Shown here in pieces: positions 18,978 to 28,412 of a stretch of DNA of 64,000 bases. Each line of letters opens with the position of its first letter. Within the stretch, counting starts at the first letter, position 1. Source of the DNA: Gemmatimonadota bacterium (lineage in GTDB: Bacteria > Gemmatimonadota > Gemmatimonadetes > Palauibacterales > KS3-K002); assembly GCA_039586575.1 (NCBI GenBank), contig JBDHKD010000037.1:1576-65575 (forward strand). Reading direction: 5' to 3'. The position numbers were made by a program, and so were the translations under genes. Below the pieces are notes generated by a model that had not been told where the DNA came from, ran no database searches, and saw nothing but the letters and a program-made list of their open reading frames with translations.

Positions 18978-20011
18978 CGACCGAGATCACGACGCCGAGG
19001 CAGCTGGACGGCGAAGGGGTGAGCGAGGCGGCGCTGCGTCCGCAGTGCATGGCCGAATTCGTCGGGCAGGAAAAGGTCAAGGAGAGCCTGTCGATCTATA
19101 TCCAGGCGGCGCTCAAGCGGAAGGAACCGCTCGATCACACGCTCTTCTATGGGCCGCCGGGCCTGGGCAAGACGACGCTGGCGTTGCTCATCGCCAACGA
19201 GTTGGGTGTGGACATCAAGACCACCTCGGGGCCGGCGTTGGAGAGGCCCGGCGACCTGGTGTCATCGCTCACCAACCTCAAGGAGGGCGATGTTCTGTTT
19301 ATCGACGAGATCCACCGCCTGCGACCCGTGATCGAGGAGTTCCTCTATCCAGGCATGGAGGACTTCCGTATCGAGATCCGCTTGGGCGAGGGGCCGAAGG
19401 CGCAGACGATTACCATGCGGTTGGAGCGCTTCACGCTCATCGGAGCCACGACGCGCTTCGGTTTGCTCACACCGCCGATGCGGGCGCGCTTCGGCGTCGT
19501 CGAGCGCCTGGGCTACTATCCGACGGACGAGCTGTGCCGAATCGTCGTGCGTTCCGCCAAGATCATCGGGGTGGCGATCGACGAGGCCGGCGCCGAGGAG
19601 ATCGCGCGCCGCTCGCGCGGCACCCCGCGCATCGCCAACCGACTGCTGCGCCGAGTCCGTGACTACGCCGAGGTCAAGGCCGACGGCCGAGTCACCCTGC
19701 CAGTCGCCGAGGCGGCGCTCGAGATGCTGAACGTGGACGAGTATGGGCTCGAGCAGATGGACGCGCGCATGTTGCGCTTGATCATAGAAGACTTCGATGG
19801 CGGACCCGTCGGCCTGTCGAGCTTGGCCGTCGCCTTGGGCGAGGAGTCCGACACGCTGGAGGAAGTCTACGAGCCGTATCTGATTCAGAACGGGCTGTTG
19901 CAGCGCACGGCGCGTGGCCGGGTGGCTACCGCCAAGGCCTACCGGCGTTTCGGATACGACCTGCCAACCGGGTCCGGCAGCGATCAGGGTCAGCTGTTCG
20001 GTGATGGCTGA
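18974..20011 (+). CDS. ruvB: Holliday junction branch migration helicase RuvB
   Basis: [30 protein letters not shown]. Confidence 0.97.
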   Translation: MTTEITTPRQLDGEGVSEAALRPQCMAEFVGQEKVKESLSIYIQAALKRKEPLDHTLFYGPPGLGKTTLALLIANELGVDIKTTSGPALERPGDLVSSLTNLKEGDVLFIDEIHRLRPVIEEFLYPGMEDFRIEIRLGEGPKAQTITMRLERFTLIGATTRFGLLTPPMRARFGVVERLGYYPTDELCRIVVRSAKIIGVAIDEAGAEEIARRSRGTPRIANRLLRRVRDYAEVKADGRVTLPVAEAALEMLNVDEYGLEQMDARMLRLIIEDFDGGPVGLSSLAVALGEESDTLEEVYEPYLIQNGLLQRTARGRVATAKAYRRFGYDLPTGSGSDQGQLFGDG

Positions 20012-21104
20012 ACGTGCATCCGTCGACGATGTCGCAGTGACTCCGCCCGCCGGCGACGCACCCGGTGCGCCGCTGCGCACGAGCGATTTCGAGTACCCGC
20101 TCGACGAAGAGCTGATCGCCCAGCGGCCGCTTCCCGAGCGTGCAGCTAGCCGGCTCCTCAGGCTGCGGCGGCGGGAGGCGGACTACAGCGACCTCGCCTT
20201 CTCACAACTGCCCGCGCTCGTCTCCGCCGGCGATATCGTCGTGCTCAACGACACTCGTGTCTTCCCGGCGCGACTGCTCGGCCATAAGCCGAGCGGTGCC
20301 GCGGCGGAGGTGCTGCTGATCGAGCGGCTCGACGCCGATGGGGCCCGCTGGCGCGCGCTAGTACGACCGGGCGGTAAGCTGAAGCCGGGTCGGGTCGTCA
20401 GGGTGGCCGAGGAGCTCGAGGTAGTGATCGAAGACTCGGCGAGCGGGGGCGCGCGGATCGTGCGTCTCGACACCCCGCTGTCGCCCAGCGCTGCGCTGGC
20501 GCGCTACGGGCATGTGCCCCTGCCTCCCTACATTCGTCGACCTGACGACGACAGCGATATCGTCCGCTACCAAACCGTGTACGCGCGGGAGATTGGCAGC
20601 GTGGCGGCACCGACCGCCGGGCTGCATTTCAGCGACGAGATTCTCGAGTCGATCCGTTCGAGCGGAGCGGAGACGGTCATGATTACCCTGCACGTGGGGC
20701 CCGGAACCTTCCGACCGGTGGAGGTCGAGGACCCCACCCAGCATCGCCTGGATGCCGAGTGGTACCGGGTGACGTCGGACACGGCGGAGCGCATCAATCG
20801 CCGTCGCGCGGCCGGCGGCGCGGTCTGGGCTGTTGGCACGACGACGGTGCGGACGCTCGAGACCCTGGCCGCTGACGACGGCTCGCTGAAGCCGGGTGCC
20901 GGGACCACCGACCTCTTCATACGGCCGGGCTATCGCTTCAAAGTGGTCGATCGCCTCATCACCAACTTCCACCTGCCCCGCTCGACCCTGCTCATGCTCG
21001 TAGCGGCCTTTGCCGGCCGCGAACTCACGCTGGCGGCCTACCGGCACGCCGTGCAGGCCGGCTACCGCTTATTCTCGTATGGCGACGCGATGGTGGTGAT
21101 ATGA
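20004..21104 (+). CDS. queA: SAM:tRNA ribosyltransferase-isomerase
   Basis: [46 protein letters not shown]. Confidence 0.95.
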   Translation: MAERASVDDVAVTPPAGDAPGAPLRTSDFEYPLDEELIAQRPLPERAASRLLRLRRREADYSDLAFSQLPALVSAGDIVVLNDTRVFPARLLGHKPSGAAAEVLLIERLDADGARWRALVRPGGKLKPGRVVRVAEELEVVIEDSASGGARIVRLDTPLSPSAALARYGHVPLPPYIRRPDDDSDIVRYQTVYAREIGSVAAPTAGLHFSDEILESIRSSGAETVMITLHVGPGTFRPVEVEDPTQHRLDAEWYRVTSDTAERINRRRAAGGAVWAVGTTTVRTLETLAADDGSLKPGAGTTDLFIRPGYRFKVVDRLITNFHLPRSTLLMLVAAFAGRELTLAAYRHAVQAGYRLFSYGDAMVVI

Positions 21105-22267
21105 GCGCGGCTGAAGCGCGAGCGGTCGGCGGCTTCGAGTTGCAGGCGCGCGACGGCGCGGCGCGGGCCGGGATCCTCCACCTCGCGCATGGGTCGGTGG
21201 CCACGCCGGCGTTCATGCCGGTAGGTACCCAGGGCACGGTCAAGGCGGTGTCGCCCGCTGAACTGGAGGCGCTGGGGGCCGAGATCGTGCTTGCCAACGC
21301 CTATCACTTGTATCTACGGCCCGGTCACGAGCTGGTCCAGCGGCTCGGCGGTCTGCACCGCTTCATGGATTGGCAGCGCCCGATCCTCACCGACTCGGGT
21401 GGCTATCAAGTCTTCTCGCTGGCCAGAATCAACGAGGTCAGTGACGAGGGCGTCTGGTTTCAGAGCCACATCGACGGTTCGCGCCACTGCATCACCCCGG
21501 AGCTCGTCATGGAGATCGAGCACGCGCTCGGCGCCGATGTGATCATGGCGTTCGACGAGTGTCCGCCGGGCCGTGCGGACCGTGAGACCGCGGCGCGCGC
21601 TGTCGAGCGCACACAGGCCTGGCTCGAGCGTTGTGTCGAGCGCTTCGCTGAGCTGACAGCCGATCGCGCCACTCAGACGTTGTGGCCCGTCGTTCAGGGC
21701 GGAACGTACTCCGACTTGCGGCTCGAGTCGCTGCACCGGGCCACCGAGTTGCGCGACTGGCGCGGTTTCGGCGTCGGCGGCCTGTCGGTCGGCGAGCCCA
21801 AGCGGGCGATGTTCGAGGTCCTGGCCGGCCTGTCGCCCGCGCTGCCGGAGAGTGGGGTCCGTTATTTGATGGGCGTCGGCTACCCGAAGGACCTGCTTGA
21901 AGCCGTGCGGCTCGGCTATGACATCTTCGATTGCGTCGCACCGACCCGGAACGGGCGGAACGGGACGGCGTTCACCTCGAGCGGGCCGGTCAACGTCAAG
22001 CTGGCGGCCTGGCGCGAGGATGGCGGCCCCATAGAAAACGGCTGTGGCTGCTGGTCCTGCTCCCGCTACAGCCGGGCCTACGTCCGTCACCTGTTCGTTG
22101 CCGGCGAGTTGCTGGCCTTGCGCGTGCTGTCGATCCATAACCTTTATTTCCTGGTGGATCTGATGAGGCGCGCGCGGGCCGCGATCCAAGAAGGTCGGCT
22201 CGACGCGTGGGTGGACGACTGGCTGGGACGGTATGGAGCGGAGGAGGTTGAGTCAGTAAGTCAGTAA
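21101..22267 (+). CDS. tgt: tRNA-guanine transglycosylase
   Basis: TPAFMPVGT, LTDSGGYQVFSL, DCVAPTRNGRNG, CxCxxC zinc site. Confidence 0.96.
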   Translation: MSAAEARAVGGFELQARDGAARAGILHLAHGSVATPAFMPVGTQGTVKAVSPAELEALGAEIVLANAYHLYLRPGHELVQRLGGLHRFMDWQRPILTDSGGYQVFSLARINEVSDEGVWFQSHIDGSRHCITPELVMEIEHALGADVIMAFDECPPGRADRETAARAVERTQAWLERCVERFAELTADRATQTLWPVVQGGTYSDLRLESLHRATELRDWRGFGVGGLSVGEPKRAMFEVLAGLSPALPESGVRYLMGVGYPKDLLEAVRLGYDIFDCVAPTRNGRNGTAFTSSGPVNVKLAAWREDGGPIENGCGCWSCSRYSRAYVRHLFVAGELLALRVLSIHNLYFLVDLMRRARAAIQEGRLDAWVDDWLGRYGAEEVESVSQ

Positions 22268-22346
22268 GTCAGTAAGTCAGTAGGTCGGTCAATGACTTCG
22301 CACCTCAGGCTTACTGAGAGACTGGTCCACTGGCCGACTGATCTAC
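22248..22346. repeat. Octamer-built imperfect palindrome (GTAAGTCA x3 plus variants), copy 2
   Basis: TTGAGTCA (GTAAGTCA)3 GTAGGTCG ... TGGTCCAC TGGCCGAC TGATCTAC, followed by a T-tract. Confidence 0.75.
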
Positions 22347-22382
22347 GGGTTTTTCACGGCAACCAACCAAGAGGCGGAGAAA

Positions 22383-22700
22383 TTGCTAGCACTAGCCTTT
22401 ATGCCGGCCGATCAGGGCGGCGGCAGCGCCGCCGGTACCCTGATCATGCTCGTGATGTTCGTCGCCATATTCTACCTGCTGCTGATCCGGCCGCAGCGGC
22501 AGCAGCAGAAGCGGCATCAGGAGATGGTGAAGAGCCTTCGACGCGGCGACGAGGTGTCCACGGTCGGTGGTATCGTCGGTAAGATCATCCACGTGAAGGA
22601 CGACCGTCTGACAATCAAGACGGCGGATGACACGCGGCTGGTGATCGAGCGCGACAAAGTGGCCCGCAAGTTTGCCGGCGAAGTGGAGGAGGAGTCATAG
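22383..22700 (+). CDS. yajC: Preprotein translocase subunit YajC
   Basis: FYLLLIRPQ, LRRGDEVSTVGGIVG; follows tgt. Confidence 0.93.
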   Translation: MLALAFMPADQGGGSAAGTLIMLVMFVAIFYLLLIRPQRQQQKRHQEMVKSLRRGDEVSTVGGIVGKIIHVKDDRLTIKTADDTRLVIERDKVARKFAGEVEEES

Positions 22701-23206
22701 CTATTCTGGATATCCGACTGCTCGGCGACCCGGTGCTACGTAAGCGGGCCGAGGAGGTCGAGGCGATCGACGACGAGTTGCGCAGGCTGGCCGAGAACAT
22801 GTTCGAGACGATGTACACGGCGGAGGGCATCGGCTTGGCCGCGCCCCAGGTCGGCGTTTCCAAGCGTCTGTTCGTGATGGATACACGCGAGGAAGGCTCG
22901 CAAGCCCGGGCCGTGGTCAACCCTGTGCTGGTCGAGAGGTCGGGCTCCGAACGCAGCGAGGAAGGCTGCCTCAGTCTGCCGGGGCTGGTTGGAGTCATCG
23001 AACGGTCGGCGCGGATCGTAATGGAAGGGCTCGATCTCGACGGGCAGCCGATACGCATCGAGGCTTCGGAACTGGCGGCCCGTTGTATCCTGCACGAGAT
23101 CGACCACTTGGACGGGGTGCTCATCATCGATCGAGTGTCGCCGATCAAGCGCAAGATGCTCTTGTCCAAGTGGAGGAAGCTCAGGAAGGAGGAGGCCAAG
23201 CGGTGA
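22697..23206 (+). CDS. def: Peptide deformylase (probable ATA start codon)
   Basis: GIGLAAPQVG, EGCLS, HEIDH motifs; the family N-terminus AILDIRLLGDPVLR begins right after ATA at 22697. Confidence 0.93.
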   Translation: MAILDIRLLGDPVLRKRAEEVEAIDDELRRLAENMFETMYTAEGIGLAAPQVGVSKRLFVMDTREEGSQARAVVNPVLVERSGSERSEEGCLSLPGLVGVIERSARIVMEGLDLDGQPIRIEASELAARCILHEIDHLDGVLIIDRVSPIKRKMLLSKWRKLRKEEAKR

Positions 23207-23979
23207 GACTGGTGTTCTGGGGGACGCCCCAGTTCGCGGACACCGTGTTACGCGCCCTCATCGATGCCGGGCGCGAGGTGGTGGGCGTGGTCACGCAGCC
23301 CGATCGGCCAGCCGGCCGCGGCCGCGTTCTCCAGCCACCGCCAGTCAAGCTGACGGCCGCAGCGGCGGGCATCCCGGTGCTGCAGCCTGAAAGGCCGTGG
23401 GGCGAGGAGTTCATGGCTTCACTTCGCGCCCGCGAGCCCGGCGTCACGATCATGCGGATGGTCGAGCAGTTGGACGCCGGTCCGATGATTCTGAAGGCGA
23501 GCTGTGCGATCAGCCCCGATGCGACGGCGGGTGCGCTGACCGCGCGGCTGGCGGAGCTCGGCGGCGAAGCGCTGCTCGAGGCTCTGGCTTTGATCGAAGC
23601 GGGCGCAGCGGTGGAAGAGCTACAGGAGGAAACAGAGGCCAGCTACGCGCCGAAGCTGAGCGCCGACGATGTGCGGATCGATTGGTCGCGGCCGGCCGAG
23701 GAGATCGACCGCTGGATCCGCGGTGCCGATCCTGTCCCGGCGGCCTGGACGGAGCTCGGCGGGCTGCGTGTGCGGGTCTTCGTGCCGCGCGTCGTCGCGG
23801 CGGCGCCGGCTGCGGGGCCGGGGGTCGTCGTCACCGCCGACCCGCGGGGAGGATTGGAGGTCGCCACAGGCTCCGGCGTCATCGGCATCGGGCAGGTGCA
23901 GCCGGCGGGAAAGCGAAGGATGGAGGCGGTGGAATGGATCCGCGGCCGCGGGATCGAGCAGGGTTCGCGGTTCGAATGA
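23203..23979 (+). pseudogene. fmt: Methionyl-tRNA formyltransferase with an in-frame internal deletion of the catalytic segment (probably inactive, or an assembly artefact)
   Basis: FWGTPQFA, VVTQPDRPAGRG, GVTIMRM...LDAGP, YAPK and VQPAGKRRM present, but AYG and NxHxSLLPxxRG absent; only 258 aa. Confidence 0.8.
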
Positions 23980-24629
23980 GGCGATCGCTACCACGTCTCA
24001 TCCTGGTGACCGACGACAGGGTCGTGGAAGGTCCGGAGTTCTTGGCGCGGGCGCGCGAGGCGCTGACCGCGGGTGGTCTCGACTGCGCGCTGCAGCTGCG
24101 AGCCCAGCGCCAGGGCGGCGCTCGGCTCTGGGCGTTGGCCCGCCAGCTGAAAGACGAGGCCGACGTCAGCGGATCGACGTTGTGGATCAACGACCGGCTC
24201 GACGTGGCGCTGGTCGTTCGGGCCCACGGCGTACAGTTGGGCCGGCGCGCCTTGAGTGCTTCGGTGGCAAAGCGCCTGCTGGGCGAGGACGTCTGGATCG
24301 GCGCCTCGGTGCACAGCCCGCTGGAAGCGGCGGAAGCTCTGACCGGCGGCGCCGATCTGGCGGTGCTGGGAAACATCTACGAAACGAGCTCGCACCCCGA
24401 GCGTGAGCCGCTGGGTGTCGATGCCGTCCGCCGGGCGGCGGGCGGCGGGCGATCGATCGTGGCGATCGGGGGTATCACTCCGGAAAGAGCCGCAGAAGTA
24501 ATGGAAGCAGGCGCCTGTGGGGTTGCCGTGTTGGGCGGTGTCTGGCAGGCCGGCGACACGGCTGCCGCGGTCCGGCTTTATCGGCAGGCGATCGCCGGGG
24601 CGGTCGGCCGAGACGAGAAGGCGACGTGA
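23976..24629 (+). CDS. thiE: Thiamine-phosphate synthase (ThiE/TenI family)
   Basis: LQLR, INDRLDVA, GASVHS, YETSSH, VAIGGIT; upstream of thiS-thiG. Confidence 0.85.
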   Translation: MRRSLPRLILVTDDRVVEGPEFLARAREALTAGGLDCALQLRAQRQGGARLWALARQLKDEADVSGSTLWINDRLDVALVVRAHGVQLGRRALSASVAKRLLGEDVWIGASVHSPLEAAEALTGGADLAVLGNIYETSSHPEREPLGVDAVRRAAGGGRSIVAIGGITPERAAEVMEAGACGVAVLGGVWQAGDTAAAVRLYRQAIAGAVGRDEKAT

Positions 24630-24853
24630 CGAGCGAAGCGAATCGGGAAACGATCACCATCAAGCTGAACGGTGAAGAGCGGCAAGTGCCCGCCGGCCTG
24701 ACGATCGGTGGCCTGTTGGCCCACCTGAACCTGCATGAGCGGCTTGTGGTGGTCGAGCATAACCGTGAGATCGTCCGCCGCGACGGGTACGGGAAGACCG
24801 CCGTCAACGCCGGTGACGAAATCGAACTCGTGCACTTCGTTGGCGGCGGGTGA
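24626..24853 (+). CDS. thiS: Sulfur carrier protein ThiS
   Basis: LNGE...VEHNREIV...IELVHFVGGG C-terminus. Confidence 0.95.
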   Translation: MTSEANRETITIKLNGEERQVPAGLTIGGLLAHLNLHERLVVVEHNREIVRRDGYGKTAVNAGDEIELVHFVGGG

Positions 24854-24886
24854 TCGGCGGAGTCGAGAATCGAGGAGGACAGCTGA

Positions 24887-25669
24887 ATGACCGTGGCCAA
24901 GGACGCGTTGGAGATCGCGGGGCGAGAGTTCCGCTCGCGGCTGATCCTCGGGACGGGCAAGTACACGGACAACGACACGATGGTCCGGGCGATCGAGGCT
25001 TCGGGTACCGAGATCGTGACCGTCGCGGTACGCCGCGTCGATCTCGATCGCACGAAGGAGGAAGGTGTTCTCTATCACCTCGACCCCGAGAAGTGGTTCC
25101 TGCTGCCGAATACTGCAGGCTGCTACAACGAGGAAGACGCGGTGCGCTACGCCGAACTGGGGCGCGCGGCCGGATTCAGCGACTGGATCAAGCTCGAGGT
25201 CATCGGTGACCAGGAAACGCTGCTCCCCGATGTCCAAGGTCTGTTGGACGCGGCTCGCACCCTGGTCGCCGAAGGCTTCAAGGTCCTGGCCTACACGAAT
25301 GAAGACCTGATCACCGCACTCAAGCTCGAAGATGCAGGCGTGGCAGCGGTGATGCCGCTCGCGTCACCCATCGGCAGCGGGTTGGGTCTGCTGAACCCGT
25401 TCAGCATCCGGCTGATCAAGAGCCGGATCAGTGTCCCGGTTATCGTCGATGCCGGTGTGGGCACCGCGTCCGACGCCTGTATCACCATGGAGCAGGGCGT
25501 CGACGGGATACTCATGAATACCGCTATCGCGGCTGCCAGGGATCCGGTCCGCATGGCACAGGCGATGAAGCAGGCGACCGAAGCCGGGAGGCTCGCTTAC
25601 CTGGCCGGCCGCATGCCGAGACGCGAGCAGGCCGTGCCGTCCAGCCCCACGGCCGGCATGCTCGACTGA
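24887..25669 (+). CDS. thiG: Thiazole synthase
   Basis: SRLILGTGKY, LPNTAGC, WIKLEV, MPLASPIGSGLG, VDAGVG. Confidence 0.96.
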   Translation: MTVAKDALEIAGREFRSRLILGTGKYTDNDTMVRAIEASGTEIVTVAVRRVDLDRTKEEGVLYHLDPEKWFLLPNTAGCYNEEDAVRYAELGRAAGFSDWIKLEVIGDQETLLPDVQGLLDAARTLVAEGFKVLAYTNEDLITALKLEDAGVAAVMPLASPIGSGLGLLNPFSIRLIKSRISVPVIVDAGVGTASDACITMEQGVDGILMNTAIAAARDPVRMAQAMKQATEAGRLAYLAGRMPRREQAVPSSPTAGMLD

Positions 25670-25677
25670 GGACGAAA

Positions 25678-26997
25678 CTGACCAGCACAGCGAATGTCGC
25701 ACCGGCACGCTCGGCGGCCCTCGAAGTGTTGCGCGCCGTGCGCCGGGGTGTGCTGGCCGATCGCGCTTTCGAGCGATGCGCCGCAGCATTGGGCGCCGCC
25801 GATCGTCGCTTGGCACAGGAGCTCGCGTACGGCGTGCTGCGCTTGCGTGGGCGTCTCGACTACGTTCTCGACCCGCTGGTGAGAGGTGGCCTCCGGCGGC
25901 TCGACCCCGACTTGCTCGACATCCTGCGATTGGGCGCCTACCAGCTGCTGGAGCTCGATCGCGTACCGGCCTATGCGGCCGTCTCCGAGGCGGTGGAGGC
26001 GGCCAAGGCGGGCGCAGGGAGGGGGGCGGCATCACTCGCCAACGCGGTGCTGCGGCGCATCGAGCGTGAGGACCACGCTTCGCCGGCTTTTCCGCCGGGT
26101 ACCGATGACCCGGTCGGCTATCTGTCGACGTGGGGCTCGCACCCTCGCTGGTTGGTAGAGCGGTGGCTGGCGCGGGCGCCGCTCGCGGAGGTCGAGCGGC
26201 TGGTCGAATACGACAACACTCGACCGGCGGTGTACCTTACGGTGTTCGAGCCGCGCGACGAGGCCGCACGACGATTGCGTGAGGCGGGTGTGGACTCCGA
26301 GCCGCTGGAGTGGGCGCCCAGCTCCCTGCGTGTCGAGTCGGGCGACCTCCTCCAGGCCCTGGGGCGGGTTCGGGGCGTGGTTCAGGACCCCGGGGCCGCT
26401 GCCGTGGTCGACTACATGGCTCTGGACCCGGGCAGTCCGGTGGTCGATCTTTGTGCGGCGCCCGGCGGCAAGGCGGCACTGCTGGCGGCGCGCGGTCATC
26501 CGGTGTATGCCTTCGAGGTCGCGCGGCCGCGTTTGGCGCGCTTGCTCGAGAACCGGGCCAGGCTCGAGTTGTCGAACCTTCACGTGACGCTCGCCGACTC
26601 GACTCAGCCGCCCGTGGCAGGGGCGCCGGTCATTCTGCTCGATGCGCCCTGTACCGGGACGGGCACGCTTGCCCGGCATCCCGATGGTCGCTGGCGGATC
26701 GGGCCCGCCGACCTCGAGGCGCTGGTCGATACCCAGCGACGCCTCTTGGACGCTGCGGCGGCGGCGTTGGCGCCGGACGGCTTGATCGTTTACGCGACGT
26801 GCTCGCTGGAAGCGGAGGAAAACGAGGAACAGGTGGGAGCGTTCTTGAAGAGACAAGCGGACTTCGAGCTCGAAGCGCCGCCTGCCGGTAACGTGGCGCC
26901 GGAACTGCTGGGCCTGGGCGGCGAACTGCGGGTGCTCCCGCAACGACACGGCACGGATGGGGCGTATGCCGCAAGACTTCGACGACGCTTGGGTTGA
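25678..26997 (+). CDS. rsmB: 16S rRNA m5C967 methyltransferase RsmB/Sun (probable CTG start)
   Basis: NusB-like N-domain, SHPRWL, DLCAAPGGK, DAPCTGTG, YATCS; the conserved AR.AALEVL helix lies upstream of the tracked GTG. Confidence 0.9.
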   Translation: MTSTANVAPARSAALEVLRAVRRGVLADRAFERCAAALGAADRRLAQELAYGVLRLRGRLDYVLDPLVRGGLRRLDPDLLDILRLGAYQLLELDRVPAYAAVSEAVEAAKAGAGRGAASLANAVLRRIEREDHASPAFPPGTDDPVGYLSTWGSHPRWLVERWLARAPLAEVERLVEYDNTRPAVYLTVFEPRDEAARRLREAGVDSEPLEWAPSSLRVESGDLLQALGRVRGVVQDPGAAAVVDYMALDPGSPVVDLCAAPGGKAALLAARGHPVYAFEVARPRLARLLENRARLELSNLHVTLADSTQPPVAGAPVILLDAPCTGTGTLARHPDGRWRIGPADLEALVDTQRRLLDAAAAALAPDGLIVYATCSLEAEENEEQVGAFLKRQADFELEAPPAGNVAPELLGLGGELRVLPQRHGTDGAYAARLRRRLG

Positions 26998-27868
26998 GCG
27001 CGCGGCGGCGGAGACCGACCGGGGCTGGCGGTTGTGGGTCACATCGCCGCGGCACCTGGTGATCACGACGACGGTCGTGGCAACGCTCGGCCTGATGGTT
27101 GGGTATCTCATCATGGTGCTGTTCGTCTTCACGCCCCAAAACGTCGCTGCGGGTTTTATCCGTGTGCCTGATGTCGTGGGACAGACCGCCGCAGAGGCGC
27201 TGGCGCGTGCGCAGCGGTCGCGTCTCGAGTATGAGGAGGCGACCGCGATTCAACACACGCTGGCTGCCGGCACGGTGATAGCCCAGGAACCACTCGCCGG
27301 CCAGATGACGCCACCGGGTTCGGCGGTTCGGGTCACGCTCAGCGCCGGCCCCCCGCAACGCCCCGTTCCCGACGTCGTGGGCTTGAGTCACGACCAGGCG
27401 GAGGTGGTCTTGGCCCGGTCGGGTTTCGGCGTGGAGGTCACCTGGGTGGACGCCAGTGAAGATGTCGGGCAGGTAGTGGGGGCACGGCCGGAACCGGGCA
27501 CGCGCCTCGAGATACCGGGCAGCGTGCGCATTCTGGTGAGTGCCGGCGAGAGGGCGGTGCAGGTGCCGGACCTGCGGATGCGATCGCTGGACGAAGCTCG
27601 CCTGATCCTGGAACGGTTGGGCCTGCAGCTCGGCGAGATCAGGGAAGATTCCGCCACGCTCGCGGCCCCCGGGACCGTGCTCTTCCAGTCGCCCGCCTTC
27701 GGAACCGAGGCCGCGCGCGCGACGCGCGTGGCGGTGACGATCGCGGTCGCGCCACCGGCCCCTGTGATCGACACGACGACCGTTCCCGCCGACACGGGCG
27801 CAGCGGCGCCCGATACGGCTGGGGCTCAGCCCGACACGGCGAGACAGGGTCTGGGGGTCGAACGTTGA
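26966..27868 (+). CDS. PASTA-repeat membrane protein without kinase domain
   Basis: One TM helix, then three VPD..G/A..L..GxVxxQxP PASTA-like repeats; start uncertain (26957 or 26966). Confidence 0.8.
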   Translation: MPQDFDDAWVERAAAETDRGWRLWVTSPRHLVITTTVVATLGLMVGYLIMVLFVFTPQNVAAGFIRVPDVVGQTAAEALARAQRSRLEYEEATAIQHTLAAGTVIAQEPLAGQMTPPGSAVRVTLSAGPPQRPVPDVVGLSHDQAEVVLARSGFGVEVTWVDASEDVGQVVGARPEPGTRLEIPGSVRILVSAGERAVQVPDLRMRSLDEARLILERLGLQLGEIREDSATLAAPGTVLFQSPAFGTEAARATRVAVTIAVAPPAPVIDTTTVPADTGAAAPDTAGAQPDTARQGLGVER

Positions 27869-28410
27869 GATCAGAGCTTTCGAGGACGTTGGGATCGGTT
27901 GGCAGGGCTTTGGCGGTCGTGGCTACGGTCGGCGCCTCAGCGGCTCTCGGCTGCAAGGCCGGGGGTCGCGGCGTCGAAGTGGGCGACCGAGTGCCCGACT
28001 ACGAAGCGCCGAACCTCGCTGGTGCGGAGGTGGCGTTCGCCGATCACCTCGGCGAGGTCATCTTGATCAACGTGTGGGCGACCTGGTGTGGGCCGTGCCG
28101 TGTCGAGATGCCGCCCATCCTAGGGAGTTACAACCGATTCAAGGACCGCGGCTTCACGGTCCTGGCAATATCGATAGACACTGGGCCGGATTATCGCGAG
28201 AGGGTAGAAGAGTTCGTTCGTGAGTTGGGCCTCGACTTCCCGGTGCTGCTCGACCCCGCCGGTCGCATCAGCCGGGTGTTGCAGACCGTTGGCGTCCCCG
28301 AAACTTTCATCATCGATCGGCAAGGCCGGATAGTCAAACGTCTGATCGGGGCCACCGACTGGGATTCCCCGGCCAATCAAGCCCTGATCGACGAGCTACT
28401 GCGGATGTAA
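27865..28410 (+). CDS. TlpA family disulfide reductase lipoprotein
   Basis: Lipobox ALGC, NVWATWCGPCRVEMP, GVPETFIID. Confidence 0.9.
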   Translation: MRSELSRTLGSVGRALAVVATVGASAALGCKAGGRGVEVGDRVPDYEAPNLAGAEVAFADHLGEVILINVWATWCGPCRVEMPPILGSYNRFKDRGFTVLAISIDTGPDYRERVEEFVRELGLDFPVLLDPAGRISRVLQTVGVPETFIIDRQGRIVKRLIGATDWDSPANQALIDELLRM

Positions 28411-28412
28411 CG

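Noticed and set aside
16932-22346. CRISPR array suggested by the short repeats
   Set aside because: Units are contiguous 8-mers without unique spacers, and there are no cas genes
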